Source: Narcine bancroftii (taxonomy: Eukaryota). From it: a DNA stretch of 64,000 bases. The position numbers and the translations under genes are program-made. Location: NCBI RefSeq assembly GCF_036971445.1, contig NC_091471.1, positions 191,518,001 to 191,582,000 on the forward strand. The letters run 5' to 3'. How positions within the stretch are numbered: position 1 is the stretch's first letter; every line of letters starts with the position of its first letter. The notes beneath the pieces are model-generated. The model did not search any database. It worked only from the letters and a program-made list of their open reading frames with translations, and was not told the DNA's origin. This document shows, piece by piece, positions 26,260-37,099 of the stretch.

Positions 26260-26804
26260 TTTTAAATTTTTTGTTTGTGTAAATGACTCTTTTCACCGGT
26301 TTAAACTCTTTTTAAAGTCACACCAAATAACATCTGATTAAAAAAAAATCAATTTTTAAATAGCTCTCTCCACCTGCCTGCTATTTCAATATAATACTGA
26401 CTTCACAGGAGGAATGGAGGAGGTGTGTCTGCGTTACCTTCGGTCTCCAGCACTTCTACAGCACACTTCCCTCAGGGTTTAACATGCTCACGCAAAAATA
26501 GCATTATTTAAATCCCACAATGCAATTGTTCATTCTACACTTACAAAATTGCACCAGGGGTCAAGGCAGTCAATCCCCGTCGTGAGATGACATGATCGGA
26601 CGCTGGCATTGAGAAGATGCCAATTGGCCAATTGGCTGTTAATTCCTGGGACCACTTGCAAGTGTGAAAGGGCCATTTATAGTAGGGAGAAAAAAAGCAA
26701 TTGTAACGATAGAGATTCTCCACCTTTACTTTGCTTCACTTACCTTCATAAAAGGTCAGAAGACGGATTGACTGCTTGAACTCGCTCTATCTTCCATCCA
26801 CCTA

Positions 26805-27229
26805 GGGGGGTACGCTCAGAGGTGGAGTGAAATCACTCCACCTTCTGCATATAAGGATTGCCGCTGAAAGTGGTTCCAAACAGGAATTTAAGATGATTGA
26901 AATCTTGCTGACAGCCCAATTCCCCACTGTGCTGTCAGAGTGGCCGGTGGAGCTGTCAGGCTGCGCTCGCTCATGCCACCCTGCTCACTCAAGCCAGTCC
27001 CTCACTGCGCTCTCTTACACCACCCACACCTGATGGGGCTGTAAGGCAGCGGCATGGTGTGGAGGGACTGTCAGGCAGTGGGATGGTGGGGCTTGTGCAA
27101 GGTGGCTACTGCTGTGCTGCACATCCCACCCACTTTTGCTCTGAAAAGCCGACACACTGCTCTGGGCTAGATACATTTAAAAAAAAACCTGAGCGGGCAA
27201 TAATGCGGTTTTTGTGCATAAAAACCCCC
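26805..27229. mobile_element. Possible MITE
   Basis: TA|GGGGG...CCCCC|TA ends, GC-rich interior, hairpin AGGTGGAGTGA-AA-TCACTCCACCT. Confidence 0.35.
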
Positions 27230-27399
27230 TATGAGTCACTGAACACACAAGTTATAACCAACCATGAAAATAAATCATTCATAGGAAATTATATATTTTT
27301 TTTTACGGAGAATTTTATGACTTTTATTCTTAGCCATTCCAAATGCCTTTCATGTTATAGGTGCCACACTGCTTAAGGGATACATTTTGCTTAATTAAA

Positions 27400-27646
27400 C
27401 TTAAATTTAGACATACAGTATGGTAACAGGCCCTTTCATCCAAAGATCCTGTAGTGCCCAATTTCACCCAATTGGCCTACATCCCCCATAAATTTTGAAG
27501 AGTGGGAGGAAACCAGAGGACCTGAAGAAAACCCACTCAGACATGGGGAGAACGTACAAAGATTTTACAGACTGCAGCGGATTAGAATCCTGGTCGATGG
27601 CACCGTAACAGTGTTGCACTAACCGCTATTCGAACCATACTGCCCG
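27400..27646 (-). mobile_element. tRNA-derived V-type SINE, full length
   Basis: Head TAGCGGTTAGTGCAACACTGTTAC on the minus strand, family core, (TAAATT) tail. Confidence 0.85.
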
Positions 27647-27653
27647 CAAAAAG

Positions 27654-27744
27654 CGACTTCAGTGGGACTCAAACCCCTAACCTTTGAATAGCTGAAACAC
27701 CCATCTAGAGAAGGCCAACACATTTTCCAGTGCACCACAGAGTT
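27654..27744 (-). pseudogene. Intron-containing tRNA-Arg(TCT) pseudogene
   Basis: Minus strand: 37-nt 5' half AACTCTGTGGTGCACTGG..TTGGCCTTCTC, 18-nt intron, 36-nt 3' half ATTCAAAGGTT..GAGTCCCAC..GTCG, then CTTTTT; colinear with vertebrate tRNA-Arg-TCT, about 17/73 mismatches by hand. Confidence 0.75.
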
Positions 27745-28702
27745 CACTGTACTCAGTGATGATAGCTGACTATCATTTTTATTATTGGCATCAGACTACC
27801 AGGAACCTTGCAGAAAGTAATGACACAGCTCCCCAATCTATCCTGCTCCAAGCATATTCTGCAGTATCTCTAGAGAAGTTTCTACATCTCTGCTGCCTAC
27901 TACACAAGCCACAAACTGCACTTGAGAATCTCCAACAGGAGTCGGAGAATGAACTGGAGGGGAAATCGTCCATCAGTGGCAGAGTTCGAGGATTCTGACA
28001 GGCTGTGCTCACTCCAGGCCTTCTTTCAGCCCCATGAACACTGCACAGAGATTGAGGGGGGGAAACACAGGCTGCTGCTACACAAACAAATAGTGCAATT
28101 CATTTGCCAAGGGTCAAAGGAGAAATAGTGGTATTTTGTCTTTCGTATACAGTAAGCCTCCTACGCCACAAACATTGACTGCAGTGAACTATGCAGTGAT
28201 CATATACAAACTGATGGTTGCTGGTCAATGTCTCATCCATGAGCAGAAATGCGATGAGTCATGTATGCATCATCACTGAGCAAAGGAGGTTGTTAGCATG
28301 TCTCTTTAACCTTTCAAGAGTCCACAAATGTGAGTGCTACTAACAGCTACTTAACTGCCGCTGCTTCATAGTAAATAAGATGAATAGCAGATGACCATTT
28401 TGTCAAAAGTAACCTGTGGTAATGCTCATTTATCAGCATTACAAAGATAAATTATTTACTCTTATTAAGGGCAATCTTAAAAATAGCAACGGGTGTGAAT
28501 GAAGTGTAAACACCTGAGAAAAATGTAACGTCAATCTACAAAGTAATTCATCTACTCATGAAGGTTGGAATCCACAATTGCTTGATTTGTACTAGATCAC
28601 ATAGCTGGATAGGTGTGCTAATTGATGTTTTTTTCTCCACAAATTATTCCGAAAAAAAATAGCATACTTCACTGCGGTGTGTCCCGATGTGGTCGTTTAT
28701 AC

Positions 28703-28952
28703 AGGGCACTTTCACACAGCCTTCCTGTGTGGTGGAGTTTGTCAGTAGAGGGCGGGATCGTCGTATCCATTAAGCTTGTTTCTTACGGAGTGGCTGCGGT
28801 CATTTTATACTGCAGCCGCTCCGTAAAAATGTGTAGGGGTCCCAGTGGAAAATTTACAGGATGGAATTTACATAATAAATTCCGCCTCGATGTTTTTATG
28901 CAGCTACTGAAGAGCAGAGATTTTCTGCTCCATGGCTGTGTAAAATATTCTC
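28703..28952. mobile_element. Harbinger-type MITE
   Basis: Termini GGGCACTTTCACACAGCC / GGCTGTGTAAAATATTC; internal hairpin TTACGGAGTGGCTGC..GCAGCCGCTCCGTAA. Confidence 0.55.
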
Positions 28953-29089
28953 TCAAAAAATGTCAGCTGAAGAATCAGCATCCAAAGTTGCAGTCCTATC
29001 CTGAACCAATGGTAACTGCAATGTCAACATTGCACGTAGCTTGGACTTTTTCATCCATGCCGATCACTTCATAAACAGAGGTGAGTGAT

Positions 29090-29217
29090 CTATCTGTAAG
29101 GAGTTTGTACGTTCTGACCATAACTGCATGGGTTACCTCCGTGTGCATCAGTTCTCTTCAAAATGTATGGGGGTTGTAGGTTAATTGGGTGGCGATGGCT
29201 TATGGTCTGGAAGGGCC
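29090..29217 (+). mobile_element. Partial V-type SINE
   Basis: CTGTAAGGAGTTTGTACGTTCT..TAGGTTAATTGGG..GAAGGGCC, truncated at the start of the direct repeat. Confidence 0.6.
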
Positions 29218-29730
29218 TCATCAGGCTAAATACTCTGTCACACATGACAATAAAAGAATTTTGAATCCTGAATCTTGAATCTTATTCCCTGATTTATTTT
29301 CTTTTTGGATCCTCTGCCCTTTGTCCAAAAGCTAATGCTGCATGTCTAAAAAAAAAGATATAATTTCAATACTGCTCCCATTGATAGGAGATCATGTCTG
29401 GAAGAGAAGATCACCTACGCAGACATCTAATCTAATAAACTGTTTCACCTAACTGGAGGCATCATTCACAAGATAGCAAAATGAACTGGATCCCTACATT
29501 TTGCAAGATGGGTACAGGATAATCAAAAGAATCAGTTTTAACCATTGCAAGTCCATTTGCTCTCTCCATATGCTACATTGTTGACTCTCAGAATCAGAAT
29601 CAGTTATTGCCGTGAACATGGTCACAAAATTTGTTGGTCTGTGTGGCTACAGAGACTATGGGAGCCCTGGAGTGACTCTGAGTGTCTAAATGCATCTAAA
29701 TGCAGATTAAATGCAATTTTGCATAATATT

Positions 29731-30739
29731 ACTTGTCTGTGAACTACTCTTTGCAGACGATGCCGCTTTAGTTGCCCATTCAGAGCCAGCTCTTCAGTGC
29801 TTGACGTCCTGTTTTGCGGAAACTGCCAAAATGTTTGGCCTGGAAGTCAGCCTGAAGAAAACTGAGGTCCTCCATCAGCCAACTCCCCACCATGACTATC
29901 AGCCCCCCCACATCTCCATCGGGCACACAAAACTCAAAATGGTCAACCAGGTTACCTATCTCGGCTGCACCATTTCATCGCATGCAAGGATCGACAACGA
30001 GATAGACAACAGACTCGCCAAGGCAAATAGCGCCTTTGGAAGACTACACAAAAGAGTCTGGAAAAACAACCAACTGAAAAACCTCACAAAGATTAGCGTA
30101 TACAGAGCCGTTTTCATACCCACACTCCTGTTCGGCTCCGAATCATGGGTCCTTTACCGGTATCACCTACGGCTCCTAGAACGCTTCCACCAGCGTTGTC
30201 TCCGCTCCATCCTCAACCTTCATTGGAGCAACTTCATCTCCAATATCGAAGTACTCGAGATGGCAGAGGCCGACAGCATCGAATCCACGCTGCGTTGGGT
30301 AGGTCACGTCTCCAGAATGGAGGACCATCGCCTTCCCAAGATCGTGTTATATGGCGAGCTCTCCACTGGCCACCGAGACAGAGGTGCACCAAAGAAGAGG
30401 TACAAGGACTGCCTAAAGAAAGCTCTTGGTGCCTGCCACATTGACCATCGCCAGTGGGCTGATATCGCCTCAAACCATGCATCTTGGCACCTCGCAGTTC
30501 GGCGGGCAGCAACCTCCTTTGAAGAAGACTGCAGAGCCCACCTCACTGTCAAAAGACAAAGGAGGAAAAACCCAACACCCAACCCCAACCAAGCAATTTT
30601 CCCTTGCAACCACTGCAACCGTGTCTGCCTGTCCCGCATCGGACTTGTCAGCCACAAACGAGCCTGCAGCTGACGTGGACATGACCCCTCCATTAATCTT
30701 CGTCCGTGAAGCCAAACCAAAAGAAAGAAAAAAAAAGAA
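29731..30739 (+). mobile_element. RTE-clade LINE, 5'-truncated copy 2 (more diverged)
   Basis: ORF 29711-30673 with LLFADD; 15-bp in-frame deletion (LLKIQLR to LR); tail GCCAAACCAAAAGAAAG; no TSD found. Confidence 0.95.
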
Positions 30740-30757
30740 CCTCTGTTTTAGTTCATG

Positions 30758-31052
30758 TGTTACAGAGTCCAGAGGACCCCATAAACCAGCAGCAATAAAT
30801 ATGCACCACCACACAGGGTTTCTTAAACAAAAGTAGTTTCAAATTATAATTGAACACGAAAACAGAATTAAACTTTAACTTTTAACTTAACCTACTTACT
30901 TTACCTACCTAACCCACTTAATCCCCCCTCTAATACTAAGCGCAGGTGTGTGTAATGTATATTTAAATTAGAAAAGTTCTTTGATTTACAGTCCAATCTC
31001 ACTGGTTGCAGGCAATTCTTGTACTATGCACAGAAGTTAGCATTAACAAAGT
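30758..31052. mobile_element. Truncated LTR-like fragment
   Basis: Begins TGTTACA like the LTR at 53638 and shares CACACAGGG; other end missing. Confidence 0.45.
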
Positions 31053-31689
31053 TCATCAGGCTAAATACTCTGTCACACATGACAATAAAATAATTTTGAA
31101 TTCTGAATCTTGAATCTTATTCCCTGATTTGTTTTTTTTGGATCCTCTGCCCTTTATCCAAAAGCTAATTATATCGGGATCAATATTTTCACGGTGCTTC
31201 CTACAAGGTGATATGATGCTTACAATTCTACACTTATAATCTGGTAGATTTGTTTGCTAACATTCAAATGTTGATTATTCTTTGCATGAAAGGAAAGTTT
31301 ATTTTTTCTCTCTCTTATTAGCTTGAACCTGAAACTAATTCAATCAAATTACATGGTTAGTTCAATAATCTGCTAATCTAATAGACCACATTACAGATAT
31401 GAGTTAAAATCCCGCCATCACCAGTGTGAGAAATTAATAATTCTTGTATTTTATGATAAATGTACTGCACTGACTGCTGAATGTCAATGAAAAGCCAAAG
31501 GATTCACTCAAGCACTTTATACAAGGAGATGAAGCACATATGCTTTACGAAGAGACAATGCCAGACTGAAGAATGTTAACTTCAACTTCTGCATATCAAG
31601 CACATCATTCAAAATGTGTGCTAAACAAGTCAACAAGTCACATGATGTACTGTGTGCACAGGTAACAGAGCTAAAAAAAACATATTTAC

Positions 31690-31880
31690 ATAGCACCATT
31701 CACCATTTTGGGAGACACAAAGAACTTAACTCGAGAGTAAAATTGTCATTTTTGTAAACCAGGAAATATATTAATAGGAAGTGCCCATGTAAGCAACATG
31801 TGATAAATACAAAATGTGCTGACAAAGTTATAAATATTGGCCAGGAACCCAGATGACAGCCTTGAACAGGCCTACAAATT
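31690..31880 (-). mobile_element. Deu-domain SINE relic
   Basis: AAATATTGGCCAGGA.CCCAG and AGCAA..TGTGATAA resemble the reverse complement of the Deu domain. Confidence 0.45.
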
Positions 31881-33759
31881 GACACAAGGTTGAGAGCATT
31901 GCAGCTGACAAATAAAGCACAACAAAAGATTTATGAAAAATTCTGGAAAACTGAAGAATTTGTAAACTGGCAGCTCATGAAATAGTTCCATAGAACAATC
32001 AGAAAGATTTAGAGGATTATTATTTATAGTTAATGGCAATGGCCAATGTCTCCATGGCAAAGGTGAACTTTGATAAAAATTAATCATCCAACCCCAAATA
32101 TCAGAGGAAGGCTGCACCATGTGAGGATTTTGGAGGAAGAATACCATGCATATTCACATCTGTCTTTGAATTGGGACCCCCTGCTCTTTCCTTCTCTAGG
32201 AACCATGCACAGGGGAATGCACAGCAGCTGAATATTAAAGTGGGGAAGAGTATGGCAAATGGAAGCTATTACGAGGCATTTCATTTTAGTGGGACTACCA
32301 CTTTAAGGGCAAGTATAGACTGGGACCATTCGCAACTGTGGAGAGAACTGAGTTTGGCGGCAACTATGACAGCATGTACCCCCTTCACTCATTAAATCCA
32401 CGGAAAAACATGGGCCCAAATTTCTAACCACAACTGTCTCTGATGTCCTTCAATTACTCACTAAATCCCTCTGTATTCTGTGTCCACTCACAATATCTAT
32501 TGCTGCAAAACAATTATAAATGTCCCAGGGGTAAGTATCTGCAGCAGTGCTCCCCGATTAGTGGATTGCTTCCATACAATTGCCAAGCCTAAATAATAGA
32601 GCACTCAGAATTTGACTAGAACTCTGCATTTTCATCCAGGGCGAGAAAGCCTGGCCAGTAATTATTTAGACTTCATTGGGGTTGTGATCACAATATTGGA
32701 TTTTTTCCCCCCCTTTTGTATCACTGGAATTGTATCGGTGTCTTTAAGTTTGGTCACAAATAAAGCCTCATCAGATACATTGGAATTCAACATTACAAAC
32801 TGTGTATAGTTCAACTGATGTATCAAAAATGCTAAACAACAGCAGATGCTATCACTAAGGTTGATTTCAATCTTGTAAAATGATTCCATATAAAAGTAAG
32901 CTAAAGCAGTAAAAATGACAACAACTGTAGAAAGTAATCTCCTCTTATGAGTGGCATCATAACATGAATACGGGACAAGGTACTGAATTCTTCAATGTGA
33001 AAAAAATAATCAACTATCCTATACGTGGCCCAAGATCTATTCGAGTATGAGATTTGCCAGAGCTAGTAATTAAGTATTAGTATTGAAATTTGAATTGTGT
33101 AATATAACAGTGTGCCAAATAAACATTGCCTTTATGGACGTCATGCAACAGATAATTATTTTAATTTATATTTTTACTTACTTGTAAAATATAAATACAA
33201 AGTGATTTAATCATTTCAATTAAATAAAAAACAAGTATGTTTTAAAATGCTAACATGTAATTAATCTTTAAAAATGTGGGTCACTATACAACGTTTCATT
33301 TAACCTGGGTACCATGGCCCTCATAATGAGAAACATTAACTCCACGTATTTACATGGCCGTTAAAAATAAATTAAATATGAAAACGGCAGTACAAATAAT
33401 CTCTCCATGATATGTGCATTGTATTTGAATTCCATCTCAATTTTTCCATAGCCTATGCAAGCCAGACATTGACATAGCAACCGTCAGTCCTTATTCTGCA
33501 ATTGTTTTAGAAAATTTGATATTTCTTCAAAATTTTATTGAATTCTGAATCTTAAGTTAACATTATTTCAAAAGATTAGTGTTCAAATTATGTTCTCATT
33601 CTTCCTGCTCAATCCCAGGAAACATGGAATTCAATACCCCCATGATAACTTATTTCCATTTTTTAAAACTTCTAGCCCAATCTATCATATGTTAGAAGAA
33701 CTTGGATTGATGCCGAATGAGAAACTTTGGCAGACTTGCGTATGAGTTGCAGATGTTAT

Positions 33760-34170
33760 TTGAATCAAGTCAAATCAAGTTTATTGTCATATGATTGTCA
33801 ACCCTATGGAATAGGATTCTCTGGTCCTCAGAGCAAAACATACAACCAAACATAACACACATAAAAACAAACAATACGTATTCAGGACAAGTATTTCATC
33901 TCTACAAATAAATACATAAATTTTATTTTGTACATATGAGAGTCTCAGATGGTTACTGTGAGGAGTTCCTTTGGGTGTTCAGCATTCTCACTGCCTGTGA
34001 GAAGAAGCTGTTCCTCAGCCTGGTGGCGCTGGCTGTAATACTCCTGGATCTCTTTTCCAATGGGAGCAGCTGAAAGATGCTGTGAGCAGGATGGAAGGGG
34101 TCATCGATGATTTTGAGTGCCCTCTTCAGACAGTGATCCTGGTAGATCACATTAATGGACGGGACTCCCC
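33760..34170 (-). mobile_element. Rex1/Babar-like LINE 3' end
   Basis: IIDDPFHPAHSIFQLLP..RLRNSFF; UTR homologous to 14460-14709. Confidence 0.75.
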
Positions 34171-35428
34171 TGTGAACAACTTGTGGTGCAAGGCCAAGGT
34201 AGGTACATGACCGGAACTGCTCCCCGCCTCCCCCTCCCCACCCCACCTCAGCCTCCGAGTCATGCAAGAAGGCAACTAATTGGATATGATGCTCTACAAA
34301 ACAGTCTATTGGGAAGACAGTCTGTCTCGATCCATTCTAGTTTCCCAGACAACCATCAGAGGAGCTGACAGGCAGGGCTTCAGACATCTCTCAGTGCCAA
34401 ACCCAATGGGCCATTGATATGCGCAGGCTTTAAACAATCAAGGGAAACCGATTCAGCATTACCATTCCACTGGATCATAAAATATTTAGGATGTTGTTCC
34501 TTGGCCTTGTAGGGACTGGAATATACCAGCTGGAGCAGATGGAGAAACATGTCATGATGCATGAATTTGTGTGCCGTGGTGTAAATTATATGTAACAGGT
34601 ACATAAACTGCGGTGGACGAACGTCTGTTAGGAGTTGGTCTTAAACCCTGCATATTCTCCTGAAGATAATGGATATAACCTGACAGTTCATAGAGCTTAA
34701 TCCCAATGCATGCTCAAAAAGTTCACCAGGTAGAGTTAGTGTGGTGCTATACACTAATCCTGCAGCCGAATATGCAAGATCCTCTTTTATAGCTGTGTGC
34801 ACGCCAAGAAGAACAATGGGAAAACACTCACTCCAAAGAGATACATCACCCCCTGCCATTAACATAGCTTCAAACGTTCCACAAGGCCATTAGATTGTGG
34901 ATGGTAGGCTGTAGCAGATCTGCCCAGCAGATCCATGAGAGCTCAAAAATGCATTGATTCAAACTGAGCCCCTTGATTCATGGTAATAATGTTTGGGACA
35001 CCAATAAAAGGATCTCAACGATCAATGAAAGCCTGAGTGGCAATCTCCACAGAGATGTTGGATACAAGGATTGCCTCCTGCTATCTGGTAACTTGGTCCT
35101 CACACATGAGTAGATAAGTGAATCCTCTCAGTGGAAGGAGCAGACTGACCAAATCCAAGTGCACATGAGCTAAACGAGCATCTGGAACAGAAAAATCTCC
35201 AAGCCTGGACTTTGTATGTCTCAAGACTTCTGAATGCTGACATTACAAACAAGTCCTTGCCCATGATCCAACATCCTGGTTGACATGAGGCCAAGTAAAA
35301 CGATCATCATCAACCTCACCGGTGGTTTTGTGCTTGGGTAGGGCATTATGGAAGGCCATGAAAACCTCCCGCTGCATTGTCATGGGTACAAAATTCCTTG
35401 GTTGATCTCTAGAAAAGTCACACACTAG

Positions 35429-35695
35429 TAGAAGTACAGTTGGTGTAGCGGTTAGTGCAACACCATTACAGCGCCAGTGATCAGGACCAGATTTGGGTTT
35501 GAATCCTACACTGTCTGTAAGGAATTTATATGTTCTCCCCATGTTTGTGTGGGTTTTCTCTGGGGGCTCCGGTTTCCTCCCGCTGTTCAAAACATACCAG
35601 GGGTATAGGTTAATGGGTTGTAAATTGGGTGGCATGGACTCGTGGGTCGAGATGGCCTGCTACTATGCTGTATATCTAAATTTTTTTTTAAAATT
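35429..35695 (+). mobile_element. tRNA-derived V-type SINE, full length
   Basis: A-box TAGCGGTTAG, B-box GGTTTGAATCC, family core; decayed TSD AGTCACACACTAG / AGTCTCTCACTAG. Confidence 0.85.
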
Positions 35696-36277
35696 AGTCT
35701 CTCACTAGAGTCGTCTAGGCATACATCTTTTAGGTGAAGACCTGTGTTGATCTGTCAGCACTGAATGAGATCAGGATCATTGAGCTGCACCTGAGCCATC
35801 TTCATGAAATCAATGACCGCTGTCATGTGTAAGGCATCAATGTTTCATCTGGACTGGGCTTCAGACACCAAATTTGCCTTCATTTCGATGTGCTGTATAT
35901 CTGAGGAAATTTGCAGAATGAAATCCAAGTGTTATATCTCATGGGTTGAATAATGGTGTTTGCTTCTACCCATAGTATATGTAAGCAGTCCATGGTCAGT
36001 GTAAATGGTAAAAACTCATCCTTCCAACCAGAATCAGAAATGCCGCACTGTGAGGTAGATTGCCAGGAGCTCGTGCCCGAGAATACTATATTTTGACTGA
36101 GCTGGTTACAATTTGGCTGAAAAGAACACAAGAGTCTCCAATGTCCCACCTATGTGTTTTTTTTTGCTCTAAAACAGCTCCCACTGAACTCTCAGAGGCA
36201 TTGATAGTGAGAGAGAGGAGAGCATTGGGCTTCTGATGCACAAGCATTGTAGCTTCCACAAGGGTAGCCTTCACCTC

Positions 36278-37099
36278 TGTGGTAAATCACTGTAATGTAT
36301 AATTATCTGGTCAAGCATGCCTATTGGCTGGTTGCACTTGTGCCCCCCTCACCACCCCCCCCCCCCCGCCCCACAGGCTCCGGTATAAAGGTAACTATTT
36401 CACAGCCCCCTGCAACTCAGTGCAGTTCAACCAAACTGTAGGGATATGCTATTCTCAATTGAATTAAAGCCTATTGATTTCTCTTCAATTGTCTCCTGAG
36501 TATTTGATGCTGCTGGTGGAACGCTTCCACCAGCGTTGTCTCCGCTCCATCCTCAACATCCATTGGAGCGCTTACACCCCTAACGTCGAAGTACTCGAGA
36601 TGGCAGAGGTCGACAGCATCGAGTCCACGCTGCTGAAGATCCAGCTGCGCTGGATGGGTCACGTCTCCAGAATGGAGGACCATCGCCTTCCCAAGATCGT
36701 GTTATATGGCGAGCTCTCCACTGGCCACCGTGACAGAGGTGCACCAAAGAAAAGGTACAAGGACTGCCTAAAGAAATCTCTTGGTGCCTGCCACATTGAC
36801 CACCGCCAGTGGGCTGATAACGCCTCAAACCGTGCATCTTGGCGCCTCACAGTTTGGCGGGCAGCAACCTCCTTTGAAGAAGACCGCAGAGCCCACCTCA
36901 CTGACAAAAGGCAAAGGAGGAAAAACCCAACACCCAACCCCAACCAACAAATTTTCCCTTGCAACCGCTGCAATCGTGTCTGCCTGTCCCGCATCGGACT
37001 TGTCAGCCACAAACGAGCCTGCAGCTGACGTGGACTTTTTACCCCCTCCATAAATCTTCGTCCGCGAAGCCAAGCCAAAGAAGATTTGATGCTGCATCA
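36278..37099 (+). mobile_element. Solo LTR (~240 bp net) containing an RTE insertion
   Basis: TG...CA; perfect 5-bp TSD ACCTC (36273-36277, 37100-37104); ATTGG, TATAAA and ATTAAA motifs. Confidence 0.85.
36514..37083 (+). mobile_element. RTE-clade LINE, 5'-truncated copy 3
   Basis: ORF to ..SHKRACS*; 12-bp TSD ATTTGATGCTGC (36502-36513, 37084-37095). Confidence 0.95.

Larger units (their letters stand above)
22870..26674. mobile_element. PIF/Harbinger DNA transposon, two convergent genes, decayed
   Basis: CTTTCACACTTG motifs at ~22871, ~22931 and 22970; inverted GCAAGTGTGAAAGGGCC ending at 26674; transposase on + and Myb/SANT gene on -. Confidence 0.85.
29218..31169 (+). repeat. ~118-bp direct repeat pair
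   Basis: 29218-29336 and 31053-31169 are near-identical (TCATCAGGCTAAATAC...CCAAAAGCTAAT). Confidence 0.9.

Noticed and set aside
32662-32889. Minus-strand ORF ending ..FVTKLKDTDTIPVIQKGGKKSNIVITTPMKSK as a host terminal exon
   Set aside because: No recognisable family and no partner exons found; the length is compatible with chance.
34182-34297. Possible LTR of the old Gypsy relic (TGTGGTG...CTCTACA)
   Set aside because: No second copy, TSD or clear PPT was found.
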